Origin: Candidatus Sediminicultor quintus
GTDB taxonomy: Bacteria; Atribacterota; Phoenicimicrobiia; Phoenicimicrobiales; Phoenicimicrobiaceae
Assembly (NCBI GenBank): GCA_001773955.1
Contig: MEYH01000048.1
Coordinates: 13,787 to 58,078, forward strand
Length of the DNA stretch: 44,292 nt
Direction: 5' to 3'
The stretch's first letter is position 1. Each line of letters begins with the position of its first letter. The notes beneath the pieces are model-generated. The model was given only the letters and a program-made list of their open reading frames with translations. It did no database searches and was not told the DNA's origin. Made by a program: the position numbers and the translations under genes. Below, in pieces: positions 37,062 to 44,292 of the stretch.

Positions 37062-38774
37062 ATGAGCCTTGCTGAAATTATTAAAGTTGCCCGAGGAGAG
37101 GAAAAAGCAGATCTATTATTAAAAAATGGGAAGATAATTAATGTTTTTTCCGGAGAAACATATACTTCCGATGTTGCAATTTATAAAGATATGATTGTAG
37201 GATTAGGGGAAGGATATAACGCTGATAAGGAAATAGATATTTCTAATTGTTACCTGTCTCCTGGATTTATAGATGGCCACATTCACTTAGAAAGTTCTAT
37301 GGTCAAAATTTCGGAATTTGCTAAGACTGTAGTGCCAAAAGGGACAACTTCAGTGATTATTGATCCTCACGAAATTGCCAATGTATTGGGCTTAGAAGGT
37401 ATCAGGTATATGTTAGAATCCAGCAAATATAGTCCTTTAAATATTTTTATGATGCTTCCTTCTTGTGTTCCCGCTTCATCTTTAGGAACTTCCGGAGCAA
37501 ATCTTAGTGTAAATGATTTATTTCCCCTTTTAGACGAAAAATGGGTTTTAGGGTTGGGAGAGATGATGAATTTTCCGGGAGTTTTGAACCAAATTCCTGA
37601 TGTATTGGATAAAATCGTAGTACTTTCAAAAAAATGCATTGACGGTCATGCTCCCAATTTATCCGGCAAGGATCTTTGTGCCTATGTTTCTGCTCAAATT
37701 AGATCTGACCATGAATGTACTACGGTAGAAGAGGCTAAAGAAAAATTGAGATTAGGTATGTATATTATGTTGAGAGAAGGGTCAGTCACTCGAAATTTAA
37801 TCGACCTTTTACCCCTTATAAACCCTGATAATTCCCGGAGATGTTTCTTTTGTTGTGATGACCGCCACCCCAAAGATTTAATTGAAGAGGGGCATATTAA
37901 TTATATTATAAAAACTGCTATCAAGAAGGGTATAGATCCTGTTGCCGCTATAAGGATGGCCACCATAAATACTACTGAATATTTTAGACTAAGAAATTTA
38001 GGTGCAATTGCTCCTGGTTATGCGGCTAATTTAGTTGTCTTTGATAATTTTAAAGATTTTAATATCCTTAAAGTTTTTAATAATGGAAAATTGGCTGCCG
38101 AAAACGGAAAGTTAGTAGAACTAAGTGCCAAACTATTGGAGGTACCCATTAGAGGATCAATTAATATTAAGTGGCTTTATCCCGAAGATTTTAAGATTCC
38201 CGTAAGAGGGAGTAGATGCAGAGTTATAAAAATTACATCAGGTCAAATTATTACTGAAGAAACTATAGAAGTTCCTAAAATCGAAGAAGGCTTTGTAGTT
38301 TCTGATACCAAACGTGATATTTTAAAAATTGCTGTAGTAGAAAGACATCATGCTTCTGAAAAAGTAAGTAGAGGTTTAGTGAAAGGTATTGGCCTGAAAA
38401 GAGGCGCATTGGGGTCATCTGTTGCCCATGATTCCCACAATATTATCATTGTGGGCACTAATGATAAAGATATGTTGAATGTCGGGGCCGCTATTGCTAA
38501 GATGGGAGGCGGATTGGCAATATCCGTGGATGAAAAAATAGTAGATTCACTGCCTCTGCCTATTGCTGGTTTGATGTCAGATAGACCTTTATTAGAGGTG
38601 AAAGAAAATTTAGACTCCATCTACAAAACTGCCAAAGATTTAGGAGTTACAGTAGACAATCCTTTCATGAGTATCGCTTTCTTATCTTTAGAAGTGGCTC
38701 CCCATATTAAAATAACCAATAGAGGCTTGGTAGATGTTAATAATTCAAAAATTGTAGATTTGTTTGTAGATTAA
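37062..38774 (+). CDS. ade: adenine deaminase
   Basis: Amidohydrolase metal motif SPGFIDGHIHLESS and a length of about 570 aa typical of Ade. ATG 37062 preferred (GAAGGGG SD about 9 nt upstream) over GTG 37053. Confidence 0.9.
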   Translation: MSLAEIIKVARGEEKADLLLKNGKIINVFSGETYTSDVAIYKDMIVGLGEGYNADKEIDISNCYLSPGFIDGHIHLESSMVKISEFAKTVVPKGTTSVIIDPHEIANVLGLEGIRYMLESSKYSPLNIFMMLPSCVPASSLGTSGANLSVNDLFPLLDEKWVLGLGEMMNFPGVLNQIPDVLDKIVVLSKKCIDGHAPNLSGKDLCAYVSAQIRSDHECTTVEEAKEKLRLGMYIMLREGSVTRNLIDLLPLINPDNSRRCFFCCDDRHPKDLIEEGHINYIIKTAIKKGIDPVAAIRMATINTTEYFRLRNLGAIAPGYAANLVVFDNFKDFNILKVFNNGKLAAENGKLVELSAKLLEVPIRGSINIKWLYPEDFKIPVRGSRCRVIKITSGQIITEETIEVPKIEEGFVVSDTKRDILKIAVVERHHASEKVSRGLVKGIGLKRGALGSSVAHDSHNIIIVGTNDKDMLNVGAAIAKMGGGLAISVDEKIVDSLPLPIAGLMSDRPLLEVKENLDSIYKTAKDLGVTVDNPFMSIAFLSLEVAPHIKITNRGLVDVNNSKIVDLFVD

Positions 38775-38785
38775 GCTGATTAAGT

Positions 38786-38821
38786 AATTTACCAATTTAC
38801 CAATTCACCGATTCCCCAATT
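38786..38821 (+). repeat. octamer array AATTTACC x2, AATTCACC, GATTCCCC
   Basis: Period 8, not 7. A related complement is at 41261-41299. Confidence 0.8.
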
Positions 38822-38827
38822 AAAAAA

Positions 38828-38862
38828 ATGTCGTTAGTGAATAGTATATCGTATATCGCGTG
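38828..38862 (+). repeat. heptamer array ATGTCGT TAGTGAA TAGTATA TCGTATA TCGCGTG
   Basis: Same family order as the uvrA-distal array at 44231-44258. Confidence 0.85.
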
Positions 38863-38893
38863 AAAAGAATAAGATTTGTGTTTTGTTTGCCTT

Positions 38894-38917
38894 GGTCACG
38901 ATGCATCGTGCCCCTAC
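38894..38917 (-). repeat. REP-like hairpin ending CCCCTAC
   Basis: GGT CACGATG CATCGTG CCC CTAC. The inner 14 bp form a perfect palindrome. Confidence 0.8.
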
Positions 38918-38988
38918 AAATTACTTATTGCCATATCTATATAATATATATTCGATATGCTCTTTTCCAGTTAATCTTTTCTTTTTTT

Positions 38989-39037
38989 AACTATATACGA
39001 TATACGATATACTATATACGCTATACGATATACGATA
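38989..39037 (-). repeat. heptamer array TACGATA family x7
   Basis: AACTATA TACGATA TACGATA TACTATA TACGCTA TACGATA TACGATA. Confidence 0.9.
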
Positions 39038-39114
39038 TTAAGAGTATAATTATTTAAGGGCAGAAGTGAGTTTTAAATTTTAATTATAGTTGTAGTTTCT
39101 AAAAGGTGTTGTAA

Positions 39115-41109
39115 ATGACTCAAGAGTTTAATTTAATATCTGATTATCCCCCTCAAGGTGACCAACCCCATGCTATAAAAAAAATATTAGAGGGTATACG
39201 CAATGGTTACAAATATCAAACTTTAATGGGAGTAACCGGTTCAGGAAAGACTTTTACTATGGCAAATGTAATTCAAAAAGTTCAATTACCCACCCTGGTT
39301 ATTTCACACAATAAAACCTTGGCTGCTCAATTGTGCAGTGAGTTTAGAAGATTTTTTCCTGATAACGCTGTTGAATATTTTGTAAGCTATTATGATTATT
39401 ATCAACCCGAAGCTTATATTGCGAGAACGGATACTTATATAGAAAAAGATTCCTCCATAAACGAAGAAATTGACCGTTTAAGGCTCTCTGCTACCAGTTC
39501 CCTCTTAGAAAGAAGAGATGTGATTATTGTTGCCAGCGTATCCTGTATATACGGGTTAGGTTCTCCTGCGGATTATCAAGAATTAGTATTGAAAATTAGT
39601 AAGAACGAAATTATCAAAAGAGATAATATTTTAGAGAGGCTTATAAACATACATTACGAGAGAAATGATATTGATTTTCACCGTGGGTGTTTTAGAGTAA
39701 GAGGAGATGTAATGGAAATATTTCCTTCTTATTTAGAATATGCCTTTCGTATAGAGTTATGGGGTGATAGGATAGAAGCAATTTTCGAGATAGACCCTTT
39801 AACTGGAAAAGTTATAAAGAGAAAAGATAAATTGATAGTTTATCCTGCAAAACACTTTGTTACTACTAAAGATAAATTAGAAAAAGCGCTTTTGTCTATT
39901 GAAGAAGAATTAAGAGAAAGATTAAAGTATTTTAAAAAAGAAGGAAAGCTCCTGGAGGCTCAAAGATTAGAACAAAGAACAAAATATGATTTGGAAATGT
40001 TAAAAGAAGTAGGATATTGCAGTGGAATCGAGAACTATTCTCGTCATATTAGCGGAAGAAAATCAGGAGAACCGCCGGCAACTTTGTTAGATTATTTTCC
40101 TTCAGATTTTATGATGTTTATTGACGAATCCCATGTTACTATTCCTCAATTAAGAGGTATGTTTGCGGGTGATAAGTCTCGAAAGGATAGTTTGGTAGAA
40201 TATGGTTTTCGTCTACCTTCTGCCTATGATAATAGGCCACTGTATTTCAAAGAAATAGAAAATTATATGAATAAAGTTATTTTCGTTTCAGCCACCCCTG
40301 CCAAACATGAATTGGAAAGTAGCAAGCAAATAGTGGAACAGATTATCAGACCCACAGGATTGGTTGACCCGGAGATAATTTTAAGACCAGCTAAAAATCA
40401 GATTGATAACTTGATAGCGGAAATAAAAAAAAGGACAGAAAAAAAAGAGAGAGTATTAGTGACTACTTTAACTAAAAGAATGGCTGAAGATGCAGCTGAG
40501 TATTTGGAAGAAATTAATATAAAAGCAAAATATCTTCACTCAGAGATTAAGACTTTGGAAAGGATTAACATTTTAAGGGATTTAAGATTAGGTAAATTTA
40601 ATGTGTTAGTAGGAGTAAATCTTTTAAGAGAAGGGTTAGACCTCCCGGAAGTCTCTTTAGTAGCTATTTTGGATGCAGACAAAGAGGGTTTTTTAAGGTC
40701 AGAAACCTCTTTAATTCAGACTATGGGGAGAGCAGCAAGAAACATAAACGGCACAGTTATTTTGTATTGTGAAAATATTACCGGGTCGATAAGAAGGGCA
40801 GTGAAAGAAACTAATCGAAGAAGGGAAATACAATTAGAATATAATCGCAAATACCAGATAACTCCCAAAACGATAACTAAGACGGTAGAAGAATTTGCGG
40901 TTATTAATCACCTAAATGGTGCCGAAGATTTTTCTGCCGTAAACGAAGAACATGAAAAATATTTAAGTAAGAGTAATTTATGGTTATTGATAAAATCATT
41001 GGAGAAAGAGATGAAGCAGGCAGCAAAAAATTTAGATTTTGAAAGAGCAGCCTTGCTGAGAGACGAGATAAGAAGATTAAAAAAAGAGGAAACTTTATTC
41101 GGAAAATAA
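39115..41109 (+). CDS. uvrB: excinuclease ABC subunit B
   Basis: [12 protein letters not shown] Walker A, DESH box, C-terminal UVR domain [11 protein letters not shown]. Confidence 0.96.
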   Translation: MTQEFNLISDYPPQGDQPHAIKKILEGIRNGYKYQTLMGVTGSGKTFTMANVIQKVQLPTLVISHNKTLAAQLCSEFRRFFPDNAVEYFVSYYDYYQPEAYIARTDTYIEKDSSINEEIDRLRLSATSSLLERRDVIIVASVSCIYGLGSPADYQELVLKISKNEIIKRDNILERLINIHYERNDIDFHRGCFRVRGDVMEIFPSYLEYAFRIELWGDRIEAIFEIDPLTGKVIKRKDKLIVYPAKHFVTTKDKLEKALLSIEEELRERLKYFKKEGKLLEAQRLEQRTKYDLEMLKEVGYCSGIENYSRHISGRKSGEPPATLLDYFPSDFMMFIDESHVTIPQLRGMFAGDKSRKDSLVEYGFRLPSAYDNRPLYFKEIENYMNKVIFVSATPAKHELESSKQIVEQIIRPTGLVDPEIILRPAKNQIDNLIAEIKKRTEKKERVLVTTLTKRMAEDAAEYLEEINIKAKYLHSEIKTLERINILRDLRLGKFNVLVGVNLLREGLDLPEVSLVAILDADKEGFLRSETSLIQTMGRAARNINGTVILYCENITGSIRRAVKETNRRREIQLEYNRKYQITPKTITKTVEEFAVINHLNGAEDFSAVNEEHEKYLSKSNLWLLIKSLEKEMKQAAKNLDFERAALLRDEIRRLKKEETLFGK

Positions 41110-41112
41110 AAG

Positions 41113-41140
41113 TAGTCGTTAGTCGTTAGTGAATAGTGAA
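41113..41140 (+). repeat. TAGTCGT x2, TAGTGAA x2 array 3 nt after the uvrB stop
   Basis: Exact counting from TAA 41107-41109. Confidence 0.95.
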
Positions 41141-41191
41141 GAAAAAAGAATAGTAATATATAAGGACAAGATGAATCGTTCCAACTCGTTT

Positions 41192-41215
41192 CAACACAGC
41201 ACGCTGTGTTGCTAC
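41192..41215 (-). repeat. hairpin of REP architecture with an unrelated stem
   Basis: CAACACAGC AC GCTGTGTTG CTAC. Confidence 0.5.
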
Positions 41216-41260
41216 AATTACTGATTAATTAAAATTGACCAGGTAACTTGCTGATTATTA

Positions 41261-41299
41261 AATTGAATTTAATTGGTCAATTGTCAATTGCTAAATTGT
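41261..41299 (-). repeat. AATTG-type 7-8-mer array, complement-related to 38786-38821
   Basis: AATTGAATTT AATTGGTC AATTGTC AATTGCT AAATTGT. Confidence 0.55.
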
Positions 41300-41320
41300 A
41301 AACACTTGCATCTTACATTT

Positions 41321-41354
41321 GTACTAACGACTATTCACTAACGACTAACGACTA
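41321..41354 (-). repeat. reverse-complement TAGTGAA/TAGTCGT array abutting the uvrA RBS
   Basis: ACGACTA TTCACTA ACGACTA ACGACTA. 41331-41354 is the exact reverse complement of 41113-41136. Confidence 0.95.
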
Positions 41355-41374
41355 ATTCAGAGGAGAGTTCTTAA

Positions 41375-44197
41375 ATGGTTCAGGCGAAGATAATAATTAA
41401 AGGGGCACGAGAACATAATCTAAAGAATATTAATTTGGAAATACCTAGAAACAAATTAATTGTAATTACCGGATTGAGCGGTTCCGGTAAATCTTCTTTA
41501 GCTTTTGATACGATTTATGCAGAAGGCCAGAGAAGATATATTGAATCTTTGTCTTCTTATGCTCGTCAATTTATGGAAAGAATGAAAAAACCTGACCTGG
41601 ATTACATCGAAGGATTATCGCCGGCGATTTCTATTGATCAGAGAAAAGCAAGTAAGAATCCTCGCTCTACCGTAGGCACCGTAACGGAAATTTACGATTA
41701 TTTACGGTTACTTTTTGCCCGGATTGGAATACCTCATTGCCCGCAGTGCGGTAGGCAGGTTAGCAAGCAGACGGTCGAGCAGATGGTTGATCAAATTATA
41801 AATTTATCCCCGGGAACAAAAATACAAGTTTTAGCCCCGGTAATTCGCTTCAAAAAAGGTGAACACAAACAAATATTAGAAGATATTCAAAAGAAAGGAT
41901 TTGTTAGAGTAAGGGTTGATGGAAACACTTTCGAAGTAGAAGAGGATATAAAAATAGATCGTTATAAAAATCATAATATAGAAGTTGTAGTAGACAGGTT
42001 AATAGTAAATCCTGAAATGAAGACTCGTTTGGCTGGTTCTATCGAAACTGCTTTAAGTTTAAGTGAAGGAATAGTAGTTATTAATATAGAAGATGGTAAA
42101 GAAAAGATGTTTAGCGAGCATTTTTCTTGTCCCAGCTGTGGAATTAATTTACCAGAAATTGCTCCCCGAATCTTTTCATTTAATAATCCTTATGGAGCCT
42201 GTCCTGCTTGTGGTGGTTTAGGTTTTAAAATGGAATTTGATCCGGAATTAATTGTACCGGATAAGAACAAATCTATCCTTCAAGGTGCCTTAGTGCCCTG
42301 GGGAGAGGTTAAAGGAAAATATTTATACCACATATTAAAGGGTTTAGCCGATTTTTATGGCTTCAGCCTTGATACATCTTTCGTTAAATTAAAACCTGAA
42401 CTTCAGGAGATTATGTTATACGGCTCGGGAGGTATAAAAATACCCTTTAAATATCAGAATGATGAACAATCTACCAATTGGACTCATGAAAATTCTTTTG
42501 AAGGAGTAATTAATAATTTAAAAAGACGTTATCGAGAAACTAAATCAGAATATATTCGCACAGAGATACAAAAGTTTATGAATATTGGACCCTGTCCCTC
42601 TTGTGAGGGTAAAAGACTTCGTCCGGAAAGCTTAAGCGTTACTATTGATGGTTTTTCTATAGCGGATATTACCGAAAAATCTATCAAATGGAATTATGAT
42701 TTTTTTGAAAAACTGAAATTAGATGAAAGAAGAAGGATAATTGCCGTTCAAATTTTAAAAGAAATAAAAAATAGATTAAGTTTTTTAAGTAATGTAGGTT
42801 TAAATTATCTAACCCTATCTCGTTCATCTGCTACATTAGCAGGAGGAGAAAACCAGAGAATCCGTTTGGCTACCCAGATTGGCTCGAGCTTAACCGGAGT
42901 ACTTTACATCTTAGATGAACCGAGTATTGGTTTACATCAAAAAGATAATTCAAAACTTTTGAAGACTCTTATCAAACTGAGAGATTTAGGGAACACAGTG
43001 ATAGTAATAGAACATGATGAAGCTACGATGAGAATTGCAGATTACATTGTAGATCTTGGCCCTGGAGCAGGTATACATGGAGGATATTTAGTAGCTGAGG
43101 GGAGCTGCAAAGATATAATAGAAAATAAGAAATCTATTACTGGAAAATATCTGAGCCACTTCAGCAAGATTGATATCCCCTCCAGAAGAAGAAAGGGTAA
43201 TGGGAAATATTTAAAGATTTACGGAGCTCGTCAGTACAATTTAAAAAATATTGATGTATCTATTCCATTAGGTACACTGACTTGTATTACTGGAGTATCC
43301 GGTTCCGGGAAAAGTACTTTGATCGAGGAGACCTTGTATAAAACTTTAATCAAGAAAATATATCAGAGCAGAGTTCATCCTGGTGATTATGATAGGATTG
43401 AAGGAATAGAAAATATTGATAAAGTGATAATTATCGATCAATCACCCATAGGCAGAACATCTCGCTCTAATCCTGCTACTTACACCGGGGCATTTGCTCC
43501 GATTAGAGAAATATTTTCCAGGACAAAAGAGGCTAAAATTAGAGGTTATAAGGCGGGTAGATTTAGCTTTAATGTAAAAGGCGGTAGATGTGAGGCCTGT
43601 CAGGGTGGAGGGATAGTAAAGATTGAAATGTATTTTTTACCTGATGTATATATACCCTGTGAAATTTGTAAAGGCCAAAGGTTCAATCGTGAAACTTTGG
43701 ATATAAAATATAAGAGTAAAAATATAGCTCAGGCGTTAGATATGACTGTTGAAGAGGCTCTGGGATTTTTTTCAGCAATCCCTATTATAAAAAGAAAATT
43801 ACAAACTTTATATGATGTAGGATTAGGATATATAAAATTAGGACAATCCGCCACCACTATATCCGGTGGTGAAGCGCAAAGAGTGAAATTGGCTAAAGAA
43901 TTAAGCATTAAAAGTACAGGAAAAACCGCATATCTTTTAGACGAGCCTACTACTGGTCTGCATTTTGATGATGTAAAAAAATTACTCAATGTTTTAGATA
44001 GGTTGGTAGAGGCCGGGAATACAGTTTTGGTAATTGAACATAACTTAGAAGTAATTAAATCAGCAGATTATATTATTGATCTTGGTCCGGGAGGCGGAGA
44101 AGACGGCGGAAGAGTTGTGGCCGAGGGAACTCCTGAAGAAATAGCATATAATAAGAATTCATTTACTGGAGAATTTTTAAAAAAAGTGCTAAATTAG
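41375..44197 (+). CDS. uvrA: excinuclease ABC subunit A
   Basis: Two ABC modules ([20 protein letters not shown]), signatures LSGGENQR and ISGGEAQR, zinc fingers CPQCG and CEAC..C. Confidence 0.96.
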   Translation: MVQAKIIIKGAREHNLKNINLEIPRNKLIVITGLSGSGKSSLAFDTIYAEGQRRYIESLSSYARQFMERMKKPDLDYIEGLSPAISIDQRKASKNPRSTVGTVTEIYDYLRLLFARIGIPHCPQCGRQVSKQTVEQMVDQIINLSPGTKIQVLAPVIRFKKGEHKQILEDIQKKGFVRVRVDGNTFEVEEDIKIDRYKNHNIEVVVDRLIVNPEMKTRLAGSIETALSLSEGIVVINIEDGKEKMFSEHFSCPSCGINLPEIAPRIFSFNNPYGACPACGGLGFKMEFDPELIVPDKNKSILQGALVPWGEVKGKYLYHILKGLADFYGFSLDTSFVKLKPELQEIMLYGSGGIKIPFKYQNDEQSTNWTHENSFEGVINNLKRRYRETKSEYIRTEIQKFMNIGPCPSCEGKRLRPESLSVTIDGFSIADITEKSIKWNYDFFEKLKLDERRRIIAVQILKEIKNRLSFLSNVGLNYLTLSRSSATLAGGENQRIRLATQIGSSLTGVLYILDEPSIGLHQKDNSKLLKTLIKLRDLGNTVIVIEHDEATMRIADYIVDLGPGAGIHGGYLVAEGSCKDIIENKKSITGKYLSHFSKIDIPSRRRKGNGKYLKIYGARQYNLKNIDVSIPLGTLTCITGVSGSGKSTLIEETLYKTLIKKIYQSRVHPGDYDRIEGIENIDKVIIIDQSPIGRTSRSNPATYTGAFAPIREIFSRTKEAKIRGYKAGRFSFNVKGGRCEACQGGGIVKIEMYFLPDVYIPCEICKGQRFNRETLDIKYKSKNIAQALDMTVEEALGFFSAIPIIKRKLQTLYDVGLGYIKLGQSATTISGGEAQRVKLAKELSIKSTGKTAYLLDEPTTGLHFDDVKKLLNVLDRLVEAGNTVLVIEHNLEVIKSADYIIDLGPGGGEDGGRVVAEGTPEEIAYNKNSFTGEFLKKVLN

Positions 44198-44258
44198 TCG
44201 TTAGTGAATTAGTCGTTAGTGAATAGTGAATAGTCGTTAGTATATCGTATCGCGTAAA
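44195..44258 (+). repeat. nine-unit array starting with the uvrA stop codon
   Basis: TAGTCGT TAGTGAAT TAGTCGT TAGTGAA TAGTGAA TAGTCGT TAGTATA TCGTATC GCGTAAA. Confidence 0.95.
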
Positions 44259-44276
44259 GAAAATTAGAAGCCAGGA

Positions 44277-44292
44277 GTAGGGGCACGATGCA
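44277..44292 (+). repeat. REP-like hairpin, cut by the window end
   Basis: GTAGGGGCACGATGCA, identical to the first 16 nt of 12452-12475. Confidence 0.7.

Noticed and set aside
38860-39057. 65-aa plus-strand ORF from the track
   Set aside because: The reading frame is created by the REP hairpin and TACGATA heptamers (translation IRYTIYYIRYTIYD). It is a repeat artefact.
38775-41374. SOS (LexA/Cheo-box CGAAC-N4-GTTCG) operators upstream of uvrB and uvrA
   Set aside because: No such palindrome is seen in either spacer.

Overview
AT-rich (by eye about one-third G+C, not computed) bacterial chromosomal segment with 30 protein genes and one tRNA. Nearly all genes are core housekeeping. They cover purine nucleotide synthesis (guaA, purA, purB), polyamine synthesis (speD, a speD-like paralogue, speE), murI and two aminotransferases. 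They also cover DNA replication and repair (pcrA, ligA, dnaE, polA, uvrB, uvrA), gatCAB, hflKC, fba-pfk, coaE, adenine deaminase and an ABC exporter. I see no transposase, integrase, phage, CRISPR-Cas or recognisable defence gene, and the lineage cannot be assigned from this window.

The unusual content is non-coding. Intergenic spacers are long (roughly 100-600 bp) and assembled from a small vocabulary of repeat modules:
(i) tandem heptanucleotide arrays of several unit families (TAGTGAA/TAGTCGT, TAGTATA/TCGTATA, TACTCGA, CGAGATA, CTNTACG, CAGAAGC/CAGAATT);
(ii) GC-rich hairpins with a GTAG/CTAC foot, which is the REP architecture;
(iii) palindromic MITE-like elements bounded by GTCATTGCGAG...CTCGCAATGAC;
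(iv) a GTTTTGAATTTTGAATTATGG...TTTTTAGCT element;
(v) a GC-rich palindrome seen only as an insertion inside other repeats.

The modules have a fixed order and orientation relative to genes. Sense TAGTGAA/TAGTCGT arrays start at or in the stop codon. Reverse-complement arrays end just before the next ribosome-binding site, so whole spacers are bracketed by inverted arrays. I regard this spacer grammar as the most likely undescribed system here.

Protein-level oddities are an RNase H-SWIM-2-hydroxyacid dehydrogenase fusion, the tandem speD pair, a 244-aa orphan, and a PFK with a PPi-type residue pair.
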